From Intrasporangium sp. (GTDB lineage: Bacteria > Actinomycetota > Actinomycetes > Actinomycetales > Dermatophilaceae), in NCBI RefSeq assembly GCF_051961875.1, contig NZ_JBQCCV010000125.1:36915-100914 (forward strand): a stretch of DNA of 64,000 nt, written 5' to 3'. Below the pieces are notes generated by a model. The model was not told the origin of the DNA, searched no databases, and saw only the letters and a list, made by a program, of their open reading frames with translations. Shown here in pieces: positions 11,219 to 21,119 of this stretch (position 1 is its first letter; each line of letters starts with the position of its first letter). Position numbers and translations under genes: made by a program.

Positions 11219-12006
11219 CAGTGGGCGGTCCAGCCGCCGTCCATCGTGAACGATGAGCCCGTCACGGACGCTGCCGCAGGCCCGCACAGGAAGAGGCTGA
11301 GGGCGGCGACCTCGCTCGGCTCGACCAGCCGCTTGACGGCAACGGGGGAGAGCATGACGGTCTCCACGACCTCGGACTCCGGGATGCCGTGCGTGACTGC
11401 CTGGTCGTGGATCTGCTTCTCGACGAGCGGTGTCCGGACGTAGGCGGGGTTGACGCAGTTGGACGTCACCCCGTGGGCCGCACCCTCGAGCGCGGTGACC
11501 TTGGACAGGCCCTCGAGTCCGTGCTTGGCGGTCACGTAGGCCGACTTGAACTCGCTCGCCCGCAGCCCGTGGACGCTGGAGACGTTGATGACCCGGCCCC
11601 ACCCTCGCGCGTACATGTGGGGGAGCGACTGCCGGATGAGCCGGAACGGCGAGGCGAGCATCAGGGCGATGATGAAGTCGAACTTCTCGAGCGGGAAGTC
11701 CTGGATCGGGGACACGTGCTGGATGCCCGCGTTGTTGACGAGGATGTCGATGTCGGTCGGCAGGGCGCCGAGGCCGTCGAGGTCTGACAGGTCCGCGACG
11801 ACCGGCTCGATGCCTGGTTCGCGCGTGAGCGCTTCGAGACCGGCCGCGTCGAGGTCGACGGCGTGGACCCGGGCGCCGGCGTGCGCGAGGGCCGTGGCGA
11901 TGGCCGCACCGATGCCGCTCGCCGCGCCCGTCACCAACGCGGTCCGGTTGCGAAGGTCGACCGTGTCGAGCGCGGGTAGGTGTGCGGAGAGGGGGGCGTC
12001 GGCCAT
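11218..12006 (-). CDS. bdh: 3-hydroxybutyrate dehydrogenase (SDR family)
   Basis: TGAASGIG, NNAGIQHVSPI..FP.EK, SVHGLRAS.FKSAYV.AKHG, VRTPLVEKQI. Confidence 0.9.
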   Translation of the reverse strand: MADAPLSAHLPALDTVDLRNRTALVTGAASGIGAAIATALAHAGARVHAVDLDAAGLEALTREPGIEPVVADLSDLDGLGALPTDIDILVNNAGIQHVSPIQDFPLEKFDFIIALMLASPFRLIRQSLPHMYARGWGRVINVSSVHGLRASEFKSAYVTAKHGLEGLSKVTALEGAAHGVTSNCVNPAYVRTPLVEKQIHDQAVTHGIPESEVVETVMLSPVAVKRLVEPSEVAALSLFLCGPAAASVTGSSFTMDGGWTAH

Positions 12007-12111
12007 GCGGGAAGACTAAGGACGGCCAGACCCCGTGCTCATGTGGTGACCCGACACATTCCGACCGGATCCATGTGGGCGGTCACGCCTCTCAGGACGA
12101 GGCGGAACCAA

Positions 12112-12324
12112 GGCCCCCAACCTCCGCTGCATCCTCGTCAGATGTCGCGCCTTCGGCGACACTTCCTCGACTCCGCTGCGGCCGGGCGCCTCCCCTTGCC
12201 GCGCTTCCTCGACTCCGCTGCGGCCGGGCGCCTCGCAAGCTCGGCCCCCTACCTCCGCTACATCTTCGTCAGCACGGAGCAAGCTCGGCCCCCAACCTCC
12301 GCTGCATCCTCGTCAGATGTCGCG
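12112..12324. repeat. Mosaic of short direct repeats (REP/BIME-like)
   Basis: 38-bp exact repeat at 12112-12149 and 12287-12324, a degenerate copy at 12243-12272, and a 31-bp exact repeat at 12162-12192 and 12204-12234. Confidence 0.85.
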
Positions 12325-13863
12325 GAAGACCTCGACCGTCGCGCCCAGCGCATTAAGGCGCTCGGCCAGGTCCTCGTAGCCCCGGTTGATCACGTAGACG
12401 TTTCGGAGCACCGACGTGCCCGGTGTCGCGAGCATGGCGAGGAGGATCACGACGGCCGGGCGCAGCGCCGGCGGACAGCCCACCTCGGCGGCCCGCCAGC
12501 GCGTGGGCCCCTCGACGATGACGCGGTGCGGGTCGAGCAGCTGGACGCGCGCCCCGAGCTTGGTCAGCTCGGTGAGGTAGATGGCACGGTTCTCGTAGAC
12601 CCAGTCGTGGATCATCGTCGATCCCTGCGCCACCGCCCCGATGAGGGCGAAGAACGGCAGGTTGTCGATGTTGAGGCCTGGGAACGGCATCGGGTGGATC
12701 TTGTCGGTCGGTGCGTGCAGCGGGCCCGGGATCGTGGTCACGTCGACGAGACGGGTGCGGCCGTTGGCCGACCGGTACTCGTCCGAGATCCGGTACTTCA
12801 TCCCCATGCCCTCGAGGGTCGCCAGCTCGATCTCGATGAACTCGATCGGGACCCGCTCGATGGTGATCTCGGAGTCGGTGACGACGGCCGCGGCGATGAG
12901 GCTCATCGCCTCGATCGGGTCCTCGCTGGGGGAGTACTCGACGTCGACGTCGATGTCGGCGACGCCGGTGACGGTGAGCGTCGTCGTCCCGATGCCCTCG
13001 ATGGTGACGCCGAGCCTCTCCAGGAAGAAGCACAGGTCCTGGACCATGTAGTTGGGGCTCGCGTTGCGGATGATCGTGGTGCCGGGGTTGCGGGCGGCGG
13101 CCATGAGGACGTTCTCGGTGACCGTGTCGCCGCGCTCGGTGAGGATGATCGGGCGGGTCGGGCGGACCGAGGGATCGCAGGTGGCCTCGTAGGCGCCGTG
13201 GGTCGCCGTCACGTGGAGCCCGAAGTACCGGAGCGCCGCGAGGTGCGGCTCCACCGTGCGGGTGCCGAGGTCACAGCCCCCGGCGTACGGCAGCTTGAAG
13301 CTCGGGTGCTCGTGCAGGAGCGGCCCGAGGAACATGATGACCGTGCGGGTCCGGCGGGCCGCGTCGACGTCGATGGCCTCGAGGTCGAGGTGCTCGGGCG
13401 GCACGATCTCGAGGTCGTTGCTGTCCGGCAGCCACCGGGTGCGCACACCGATCGAGGCGAGGACCTCGAGGATCCGGTTGACCTCCTCGATCCGGGCGAG
13501 GTTGCGCAGCGTGGTGCGACCCCGGTTGAGCAGCGCGGCGCAGAGCAGGGCCACTGCCGCGTTCTTCGAGGTCTTGACGTCGATCGAGCCCGAGAGCTTG
13601 CGGCCACCGACGATGCGAAGGTGCTGCGCTCCTGGGTAGCCGACCGAGACGAACTCGGAGTCGAGCGCGTCACCGATCCGCGCGAGCATCTCGAGGCTCA
13701 TGTTCTGCTTGCCGGCCTCGATGCGGGTCACCGCACTCTGAGACGTGCCGAGCAGCTCGGCGAGCTCGGCCTGGGTGAGGCCCTTGTGGCGTCGGGCGTC
13801 CCGGATGAGGCCGCCGATCCGTTTCAGATAACGCTGATGTGGCACGGGGGAAGAGTAACTCAT
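12313..13863 (-). CDS. murA: UDP-N-acetylglucosamine 1-carboxyvinyltransferase with N-terminal XRE-family HTH domain
   Basis: N-terminal IRDARRHKGLTQAELAELLGTSQSAVTRIEAGKQNMSL, then MurA motifs SKNAA, GGCDLGTR, PFPGLNID, YENR. Confidence 0.9.
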   Translation of the reverse strand: MSYSSPVPHQRYLKRIGGLIRDARRHKGLTQAELAELLGTSQSAVTRIEAGKQNMSLEMLARIGDALDSEFVSVGYPGAQHLRIVGGRKLSGSIDVKTSKNAAVALLCAALLNRGRTTLRNLARIEEVNRILEVLASIGVRTRWLPDSNDLEIVPPEHLDLEAIDVDAARRTRTVIMFLGPLLHEHPSFKLPYAGGCDLGTRTVEPHLAALRYFGLHVTATHGAYEATCDPSVRPTRPIILTERGDTVTENVLMAAARNPGTTIIRNASPNYMVQDLCFFLERLGVTIEGIGTTTLTVTGVADIDVDVEYSPSEDPIEAMSLIAAAVVTDSEITIERVPIEFIEIELATLEGMGMKYRISDEYRSANGRTRLVDVTTIPGPLHAPTDKIHPMPFPGLNIDNLPFFALIGAVAQGSTMIHDWVYENRAIYLTELTKLGARVQLLDPHRVIVEGPTRWRAAEVGCPPALRPAVVILLAMLATPGTSVLRNVYVINRGYEDLAERLNALGATVEVFRDI

Positions 13864-13874
13864 ATATGAGTTAC
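13855..13874. promoter_or_regulatory. Perfect 20-bp palindrome over the HTH-murA start codon; candidate operator
   Basis: GTAACTCATA|TATGAGTTAC is self-complementary, AT-rich in a GC-rich background, and contains the ATG (13863-13861). Confidence 0.7.
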
Positions 13875-13896
13875 CAGCGAGTCGACGGGCGGGTGC

Positions 13897-15153
13897 TCAG
13901 CCGGCGTGCGGGACGGGGTTCTCGTTGCTGGCGAGGGCGATGAGCGGCGCAGTGATCGTAACCTGCCACTCCCGGGCGCCCGCTGTCCGGAGCGCCTGGG
14001 CGACCTCCTCGGTCGTGGGCGCGGGCGGCGCCTCCCAGAGGTACCGGCGCAGCAGCTCAGGCGTCAGGAGGTTCTCGACCGGGACGGCGAGCTCCTCCGA
14101 CACCGCACCGATGAGCTCACGGGACCGCGCGAGCCGCGCCGCCGCGATCGGGTCGCGGTCTGCCCAGGACCGAGGTGGTGGTGGACCGGTGTGCGGCAGG
14201 TTGAGCTGCGGCAGCTCGTCCTCGCGGAGCGCGAAGGCGGCCCGGATGGCGTCGACGATCAGGTCCTCGTTGCGGCGGATCGACCGCGCGAGACGCGGCT
14301 CCTTCGACGCCACGGCGAGGGGCGGTCGGGTGTCGCGTTGGTGCTCGAGCGCGAGCTCCGCGATGGCGGCGTCCGGCAGGATCCGCCCGGGGGACACGTC
14401 GCGGCGCTGCGCCAGGGCGTCGCGGTCCTGCCACAGCTCTCGGACGATCGCGAGGCCGCGCCGGGTGCGCACCTTGTGCACTCCAGAAGTGCGCCGCCAC
14501 GGGTCCACTCGGGGCTCCGGACCCGTGAAGGAGAGCAGGTGGGAGAACTCCTGCCGAGCCCAGCCAAGCTTGCCCTGCCGCTCGAGGTCCTCCGCTACGG
14601 CGTCGCGAAGGTCACCGAGCACCTCGACGTCGAGGGCGGCATACCGCAACCACGGCTCGGGCAGTGGCCGTGAGCTCCAGTCGACCGCGCTGTGCTCCTT
14701 GGCGAGGCGGAAGCCGAGGTAGTGCTCCACCATGGCGCCGAGCCCGACGCGGGGCAGGCCCGCGAGGCGCCCGCCGAGCTCGGTATCGAAGAGCAGCCGG
14801 GGCCGCAGCCCGACCTCGGCGAGGCACACGAGGTCCTGGGTCGCGGCATGGAGGATCCACTCGCCGTCCCCGATCGCGGCATCGACGACGGTGAGGTCGG
14901 GGCAGGCGACGGGGTCGATGAGCCAGGTCCCCGACCCCTTGCGGCGCAGCTGCACGAGGTAGGCGTGCTGGCCGTAGCGGTAGCCGGAGGCCCGTTCGGC
15001 GTCGAGCCCGATGGGGCCGCGCCCGCAGCGCACCGCGTCGGCAGCCTCGGAAAGCCCGGACGGGTCGGAGACGATGTCGGGGACCCCCTCGACGGGAGCG
15101 GCGCGCAGCTCGAGCTGCTCCGAGACGCCCGTCGGCTGGTCGGCGCCACTCAC
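13897..15153 (-). CDS. rnd: Ribonuclease D (3'-5' exonuclease + HRDC domain)
   Basis: DAERASGYRYG, WILHAATQDL, FDTEL, WLRYAALDVE and HRDC region. GTG overlaps the DUF3000 stop. Confidence 0.9.
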   Translation of the reverse strand: MSGADQPTGVSEQLELRAAPVEGVPDIVSDPSGLSEAADAVRCGRGPIGLDAERASGYRYGQHAYLVQLRRKGSGTWLIDPVACPDLTVVDAAIGDGEWILHAATQDLVCLAEVGLRPRLLFDTELGGRLAGLPRVGLGAMVEHYLGFRLAKEHSAVDWSSRPLPEPWLRYAALDVEVLGDLRDAVAEDLERQGKLGWARQEFSHLLSFTGPEPRVDPWRRTSGVHKVRTRRGLAIVRELWQDRDALAQRRDVSPGRILPDAAIAELALEHQRDTRPPLAVASKEPRLARSIRRNEDLIVDAIRAAFALREDELPQLNLPHTGPPPPRSWADRDPIAAARLARSRELIGAVSEELAVPVENLLTPELLRRYLWEAPPAPTTEEVAQALRTAGAREWQVTITAPLIALASNENPVPHAG

Positions 15154-15734
15154 CGGCGCGGGCCCGGCAACGGGACGACGCCGTCGGGCAGTGGGGGGAT
15201 GCCGGCGATCGTGCAGAGCATGTCGCCCCATGCGCGCAGGTGGTCGGTGAGCGCCTCGTCCGTGGGGGTCCACGAGGCGCGGATCTCCATCTCGACGCTG
15301 GCGCCCCGGTCCGCGAGACCGCCGAAACCCTCGCTCACCACGCGGGTCACCGTGCCGGCCTCGGCGGTCCAGTGCAGGCCGCGTCCTTGGAGACCGTCGA
15401 CGAGCCAGGACCAGCCGACGGCACCGAGCATCGGGTCGGAGGCGAGCTCGGGCTCGAGCTCCGCACGGGCGAACGTGACGATCCGCCAGGCCCCGTCCCA
15501 GGCGTCCGGAAAGGACGGGTCGTGGAGCAGGACGAAGCGCCCGGTCGCGAGCTCGCCCTCGGGGTCGGTCGGGTCGAGCACGTCGCCGGTCAGCGCCGCC
15601 GCATGCGGGGCGATCCGGCTGGGCGCCGGAACCTCGGTGAGCCGCACCTCGGGACGCAGCCGCACATCGCGGAGGGCGGCCAGCACCCTCGCGAAATCCG
15701 CGCCGTGCGCGCCCGGCAGCGTCCTCGTGTGCAC
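15150..15734 (-). CDS. DUF3000 family protein
   Basis: LRPEV...[37 protein letters not shown]; usual position between rnd and hemE. Confidence 0.85.
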   Translation of the reverse strand: MHTRTLPGAHGADFARVLAALRDVRLRPEVRLTEVPAPSRIAPHAAALTGDVLDPTDPEGELATGRFVLLHDPSFPDAWDGAWRIVTFARAELEPELASDPMLGAVGWSWLVDGLQGRGLHWTAEAGTVTRVVSEGFGGLADRGASVEMEIRASWTPTDEALTDHLRAWGDMLCTIAGIPPLPDGVVPLPGPRR

Positions 15735-15740
15735 CTGACG

Positions 15741-15746
15741 AGGGTA
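15741..15746 (-). promoter_or_regulatory. -10 element (TACCCT) of a probable leaderless DUF3000 transcript
   Basis: TANNNT hexamer 6 nt upstream of the GTG at 15734; no SD sequence. Confidence 0.5.
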
Positions 15747-15826
15747 TGCCGCGCACCTCGGTTCTGTCCGGAGGCCACGCCGAGCGGGTGGCTCGGTGCG
15801 CTCCCCGCGCGTGGCAGGATGAGGCG

Positions 15827-16876
15827 GTGCCCTCACTAGCCCCTCCTCGTACCCGGTCCAGCGACCTCGTGCGTGCAGCCCGCCGCGAGCCGGTGTCGCG
15901 GACGCCGGTCTGGTTCATGCGTCAGGCCGGACGGTCCCTGCCCGAGTACCGGGCCGTCCGCGAGGGGACCACGATGCTCGAGGCCTGTACGCGCCCCGAG
16001 CTCGTCGCGGAGATCACCGTCCAACCGGTCCGGCGCCACGGCGTCGACGCGGCGATCTTCTTCAGCGACATCGTCGTGCCGCTCAAGGCGGTGGGACTCG
16101 ACCTCGACATCGTCGCCGGCGTGGGTCCGGTCGTCGCCGAGCCGATCCGCTCGCGCGCCGACCTCGACCGGCTGCCGGAGCTGACGAGTGAGCACGTCCC
16201 GTACATCACCGACGCGGTCCGGCTCCTCGTCGCCGAGCTCGGCGACACCCCGCTCATCGGGTTCGCCGGGGCACCGTTCACGCTCGCGTCCTACCTCGTG
16301 GAGGGCGGGCCGTCGAAGAACCACGTCCGCACCAAGGCGCTGATGCACGGCGACCCCGACCTGTGGCACGCGCTCTGCGATCGGCTGGCCCAGATCTCCG
16401 GCGCGTTCCTGCGTGTCCAGGCAGAGGCCGGCGCGAGCGTGGTCCAGCTCTTCGACTCCTGGGTCGGGGCGCTGTCGCGGGCCGACTACAGCCGCTACGT
16501 CCAGCCGCACTCGGCCAAGGCGCTCGCGGCCGTCGCCGACCTCGACGTCCCGCGGATCCACTTCGGCGTCGGCACCGGCGAGCTGCTCCCGCTCATGGGC
16601 GCCACGGGCGCCGAGGTCGTCGGCGTCGACTACCGGGTCAGTCTCACGGACGCGAGCGACCGGATCGGGCCCGACCACGCGGTGCAGGGCAACCTCGACC
16701 CGGCGCTGCTCTTCGCGCCCTGGGACGTGCTGCGCGACATCGTCGTCGACATCGTCGAGCAGGGACGGCGCACCCCCGGCCACATCTTCAACCTCGGCCA
16801 TGGAGTCCTGCCGGACGTCGACCCGGACGTCCTCACCCGCGTCACCGAGCTCGTCCACGAGGTGTCCACGCGCTGA
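15827..16876 (+). CDS. hemE: Uroporphyrinogen decarboxylase
   Basis: [40 protein letters not shown]. Confidence 0.96.
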   Translation: MPSLAPPRTRSSDLVRAARREPVSRTPVWFMRQAGRSLPEYRAVREGTTMLEACTRPELVAEITVQPVRRHGVDAAIFFSDIVVPLKAVGLDLDIVAGVGPVVAEPIRSRADLDRLPELTSEHVPYITDAVRLLVAELGDTPLIGFAGAPFTLASYLVEGGPSKNHVRTKALMHGDPDLWHALCDRLAQISGAFLRVQAEAGASVVQLFDSWVGALSRADYSRYVQPHSAKALAAVADLDVPRIHFGVGTGELLPLMGATGAEVVGVDYRVSLTDASDRIGPDHAVQGNLDPALLFAPWDVLRDIVVDIVEQGRRTPGHIFNLGHGVLPDVDPDVLTRVTELVHEVSTR

Positions 16877-18549
16877 TGGCCGGCGGGTCCCTCGCCCGAT
16901 CGAGCCTCGTCATGGTCGGCGGCTCCTTCGCGTCACGCGCCCTGGGCGTCGTGCGCGGGGCGCTGATGACGGCGATCATCGGCACCCTCGCCGCCGGTGA
17001 CGCCTTTGGGCTCGCCAACACCCTGCCCAACGTCCTCTACCTACTCGCCGCGGGCGGCATCCTCAACGCCGTCCTCGTCCCGGCGCTGTCGCGGGCCATG
17101 AAGCTCGAGGACGGTGGCCAGGAGTTCACGGACCGGGTCATCACGGTGGCCCTCACCGGGATGGCCGTCCTGACCGGCGTCATCATGCTCGGTGCCGGCT
17201 TCTTCGTCTGGCTCCTGAGCGGGGACCGGGGCCCGCAGTTCAGCAGCCTGGCGCTGGCCTTCACCCTGATGTGCCTGCCGCAGGTCTTCTTCTACGGCGT
17301 GTATGCCCTGCTCGGGCAGATCCTCAACGCCCGTGAGCGGTTCGGGGCCTTCGCCTGGGCGCCGTTCGTGGCGAACGTCGTCGCGATCGCGGGGCTCGTC
17401 GTCTTCATGGTCATCTACCCGGACCCGCACCAGGTCGACGGCGGTGGGCGGCGCCTGCCGCGGCCGCCCGAGGCGTGGACCGGCGGGATGATCTGGCTCT
17501 TCGCCGGCACGGCCACGCTGTCGGTGGTCGCCCAGGCGCTCTGGCTCGTCCCGGCGCTGCGCCGCGCCGGGTTCACATACCGGCCGCGGTGGGGCCTGCG
17601 CGGCGTCGGGCTGGGCGGGGTGAGCCGGCTCGCCCTCTGGGCCTTCGGCGGCCTGGCGGTGTCGCAGCTCGGCTTCTTCATCAACACCGCGGTCCTCAAC
17701 CACGCCGCGGGATTCGGCACGGCGAGCCACCCGATCCGCGGGCCACTGCTCTACCAGGTGGCCTTCACGATCTTCATGCTGCCGCACGCCTTCATCGCGG
17801 TCTCGATCATCACGGCGCTCTTCCCCCGCCTCTCCCGTGACGCGGCCGATGGAGACACGCCCGCCCTGCTCCGCGACTTCCGCCGGGGCCTGACGCTGCC
17901 GCTCGTTGCGAACCTGCCGGTCATGGTCTTCATGATCATCTGCGCGCGGCCGCTCGTCGCGCTGCTCAACCCCGGCATCGACACGGTGTCGATCGAGCTC
18001 GGCGGCTATGCCCTGACGGTCATGGTCCTCGGCATCATCCCGTTCGGCATCGACCTGCTCTGCTACCGGACCTTCTTCGCCCTCGACGACGGCCGGGCCC
18101 CTCTCCTCATGCAGGTCGTCCTGACCGGCGCGACTGCCGTCGCCGGCGTGCTGACCTACCTCGCGCCACCCCAGTGGGCGCTGGGCATCGTGGCCGCGGG
18201 CATGACCGTGGGCAACGTGCTCAGCTCGGGGACCGGCCTGGTGCTGCTCAGGCGCCGCCTCGGCCCGCTCGGCCTGACGCAGGTCCTGGTGTCGACAGCC
18301 CGGATCGGTGTCGCGGCCGTCGCCGCCGCCCTCCTCGGCGGTGGGGCCTTCGCCGTTGTCTCGCCCATCGTCGGCGACCTCGCCGAGATGAGCACGTGGC
18401 AGCGGGTCTTCGGCAACGGCCTCGTGCTGGCGCTGGCCGGACTCGTGTTCGTCGTGGTCTACCTCGGCGCCGCGGCGGTCCTGCAGGTCCCCGAGGTCCG
18501 TGAGGTGGCCGCACTCGCCCGCCGCAAGACCGTCCGCACCCGGCAATAG
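16876..18549 (+). CDS. murJ: Lipid II flippase MurJ/MviN family protein
   Basis: TGATG coupling with hemE; SRALG..R, AFGLANTLPN, GGILNAVLVP; many TM segments. Confidence 0.85.
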   Translation: MAGGSLARSSLVMVGGSFASRALGVVRGALMTAIIGTLAAGDAFGLANTLPNVLYLLAAGGILNAVLVPALSRAMKLEDGGQEFTDRVITVALTGMAVLTGVIMLGAGFFVWLLSGDRGPQFSSLALAFTLMCLPQVFFYGVYALLGQILNARERFGAFAWAPFVANVVAIAGLVVFMVIYPDPHQVDGGGRRLPRPPEAWTGGMIWLFAGTATLSVVAQALWLVPALRRAGFTYRPRWGLRGVGLGGVSRLALWAFGGLAVSQLGFFINTAVLNHAAGFGTASHPIRGPLLYQVAFTIFMLPHAFIAVSIITALFPRLSRDAADGDTPALLRDFRRGLTLPLVANLPVMVFMIICARPLVALLNPGIDTVSIELGGYALTVMVLGIIPFGIDLLCYRTFFALDDGRAPLLMQVVLTGATAVAGVLTYLAPPQWALGIVAAGMTVGNVLSSGTGLVLLRRRLGPLGLTQVLVSTARIGVAAVAAALLGGGAFAVVSPIVGDLAEMSTWQRVFGNGLVLALAGLVFVVVYLGAAAVLQVPEVREVAALARRKTVRTRQ

Positions 18550-18551
18550 CG

Positions 18552-19589
18552 TCAGTCCGCGGGATTCCCGGCAGCCGGACCAGGGGCGGTGGCGCGGCGG
18601 CGCACCCACCAGCGACGCCCGAGCACGCCGGCGACGAGCAGCAGGACGAGCCAGGGGAGCAGCACCGCGAGGCCGGTGACGATGACGGCGAGCGAGTCGA
18701 GCATGGCGGTCCAGGCCGCGTGCAGCTGGGCGACGAAGCCGCTCGTGGCCGGCGCGGGCTGGGTCGCGCTCGTCCAGAGGCTCACCGTCACGTCCGACGT
18801 CGTGGTGCGCCGCTCCAGCGTCGCGAGCCGACTCTCGAGCGAGTCAAGGTCCGCCTGTCGCCGGGTCACCTCGTTCTCGATCGCGATGATCTGCGACACG
18901 TTGGTGGCCTTGACCAGCAGGGCGCGGGCCTGCGCGACGGCGTCACGCATGGGACCGATCCGCGCCGACGTGTCGACGTAGCTGTCCGTCAGGTCCTCGC
19001 TCTCCGAGGACCGGTACGAGACCGTGCCGATCCGGGACAGCTCCGCCACGACACCGTCCAGCTTCTCGGCGGGAACCCGGACCGTGAGGCGTGCCTCGTT
19101 CACGGCGACCGCCGGCACCGACACACCCGCCCCGGACTCACTTGCCGGCGGCCCGCCGGTCGGGTCGGGTGCCGTGACGACGTTCTCCGAGAGCACCTGT
19201 CCACCAGCCGCGGCGGTGACCGACCGGACGCTGCCGCTCGCCGCAACGAGATCGGTCACCTTGATGCCGAGCCAGGCGGAGCGCGCCAGCTTGGGTCCGA
19301 CCACGGGAGCCGCGGCCGCACCGTTCGCCGACCCTTGCGAGAGGGTCGGCCCCGGTTTCGTCACATCGCCAGTGGTCCCCGGCGCGCCCTCCTGGCCCGC
19401 GCCCCCACCCAGTGCAGGCTGCCGCAGCGCTGGGGCGGAACCGCTACTGCTGCCGGCGCTGCTCGCATCCGAGCCCACCCGGAACTGCAGCCCGATGACG
19501 AACGCGACTGCGACGAGCACCACCACCGCCGCCGCCCATGTTGCGCGCGAGCGGGGCAAACCGCTCGGACCTCGACGGATGACGGTCAT
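18552..19589 (-). CDS. DUF4349 domain membrane protein
   Basis: N-terminal TM, RVPAE..LD, EDLTDSYVD, coiled-coil region, C-terminal TM LAVLLPW. Confidence 0.82.
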   Translation of the reverse strand: MTVIRRGPSGLPRSRATWAAAVVVLVAVAFVIGLQFRVGSDASSAGSSSGSAPALRQPALGGGAGQEGAPGTTGDVTKPGPTLSQGSANGAAAAPVVGPKLARSAWLGIKVTDLVAASGSVRSVTAAAGGQVLSENVVTAPDPTGGPPASESGAGVSVPAVAVNEARLTVRVPAEKLDGVVAELSRIGTVSYRSSESEDLTDSYVDTSARIGPMRDAVAQARALLVKATNVSQIIAIENEVTRRQADLDSLESRLATLERRTTTSDVTVSLWTSATQPAPATSGFVAQLHAAWTAMLDSLAVIVTGLAVLLPWLVLLLVAGVLGRRWWVRRRATAPGPAAGNPAD

Positions 19590-19690
19590 CGTCCTGCCTC
19601 CATCCCCGGGCGCCCTGTGGCGGCCCTTCACCCGTGCAGACACCGAGGGCGGCTCGATCGTTGCCCGGGCCCGGGTGAAAGAGTGGCGAC

Positions 19691-21076
19691 ATGAGTCTGC
19701 GTGTTGGGGTCGTCGGTGGTGGGATCAGCGGGCTCGCGGCGGCTTGGGAGCTGGTCCAGGCCGACCCCGGCACGTCGGTCACCGTCTTCGAGGGATCCCC
19801 GCAGCTCGGGGGTCGGCTCCGACGGGCCCCTGTGGCGGGGGCGCTCGTCGACGTCGGCGCAGAGTCGGTCCTCTTTCGACGTCCCGAGGCCGTCCAGCTC
19901 ATCAAGGAGCTCGGTCTGGGCGACCGGCTCACCCACCCCGCACCCGTCGGTGCCTCCATCGTGTCCGGCGGCGCGCGTTGGCCGATGCCGAAGGGGACCC
20001 TCATGGGCATCCCCGCCGACCCCGACTCCGTCTCCGGGCTGCTCAGCCCCGCGGAGGTGGAGCGGGCCCGCCACGAGGTCATCACCGGCCCCACCGGCGG
20101 GGATGTGGCGATCGGCCGACTCGTCGAGGAGCGGCTCGGTCCCGCGGTCACGGACAAGCTCGTCGAGCCACTCCTGGCGGGCGTGTACGCCGGTCACTCC
20201 CGCGCCATCTCCGCCGAGTCGGCCGTCCCCAGCCTGTATGCCGCTGGGCTGGCCGGGACGTCCCTCCTCGAGGCCGCGCGTGAGGCGGTCGCGCCGTCGC
20301 AGGGCGCCACGGCCGACCCGCGTCCGGTGTTCGCCACGCTCCAGGGCGGGCTCGGCTCGCTGCCGGGCCTGCTCGCCGAGGCGCTGGTCGCCAAGGGCGT
20401 CGAGATCCACCTGGGGACGATGGTCCGCCGGCTGAGCGGCGGTCCGGGCGCCTGGACCCTCACGACCGGGCCGACGATCGACGAGGTGAGCTGGACCTTC
20501 GACCGGGTCCTCGTCGCCACTCCCGGCGCACCGGCCGCCCGGCTACTCCGGACCGTCGCGCCCGACGCGGCGGCCCCGCTCTCGAGGATCGACTACGCCT
20601 CGATGGCGATCGTCACCTTCGCCTTCCCCGGACCGGTCGACGAGCCGTTCGCCGGCAGCAGCGGGTTCCTCGTGCCACCGACCGAGCCGCTCTCGATCAA
20701 GGCCTCGACGTTCAGCTCGGTCAAGTGGCCGTGGCTCGCCGAGACACGGCCGGACCTCACCTTCGTCCGGGCCTCGCTCGGTCGGCACGGGGAGGAGGCG
20801 ACGCTGCAGCGACCCGACGCCGAGCTGGCGCGCCTGGCGCTCGCCGACCTCGGCCACGTCCTCGGCGTCGCCCTGCCCGCCCCCGTCGACGTGCACGTCC
20901 AGCGCTGGGGCGGCGGCCTGCCGCAGTACGGCGTCGGGCACCGCGGGCTCGTCGGCGAGGTACGAGCGGGCCTGCCACCCACGCTGGAAGCAAGCGGGGC
21001 GGCATACGACGGGGTCGGGATCCCTGCGTGCATCGGGTCCGGGCGAGCGGCAGCCCGCCGGCTGCTCACCGGATGA
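19691..21076 (+). CDS. hemY: Protoporphyrinogen/coproporphyrinogen oxidase (HemY)
   Basis: [43 protein letters not shown]. Confidence 0.93.
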   Translation: MSLRVGVVGGGISGLAAAWELVQADPGTSVTVFEGSPQLGGRLRRAPVAGALVDVGAESVLFRRPEAVQLIKELGLGDRLTHPAPVGASIVSGGARWPMPKGTLMGIPADPDSVSGLLSPAEVERARHEVITGPTGGDVAIGRLVEERLGPAVTDKLVEPLLAGVYAGHSRAISAESAVPSLYAAGLAGTSLLEAAREAVAPSQGATADPRPVFATLQGGLGSLPGLLAEALVAKGVEIHLGTMVRRLSGGPGAWTLTTGPTIDEVSWTFDRVLVATPGAPAARLLRTVAPDAAAPLSRIDYASMAIVTFAFPGPVDEPFAGSSGFLVPPTEPLSIKASTFSSVKWPWLAETRPDLTFVRASLGRHGEEATLQRPDAELARLALADLGHVLGVALPAPVDVHVQRWGGGLPQYGVGHRGLVGEVRAGLPPTLEASGAAYDGVGIPACIGSGRAAARRLLTG

Positions 21077-21119
21077 CCCGATTGGGAGCCGACCGACGTC
21101 GGGGGTGATGATGGGGGAC

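Noticed and set aside
12112-12324. CRISPR array or IS element
   Set aside because: Irregular mosaic with no spacer periodicity, no transposase ORF and no terminal inverted repeats.
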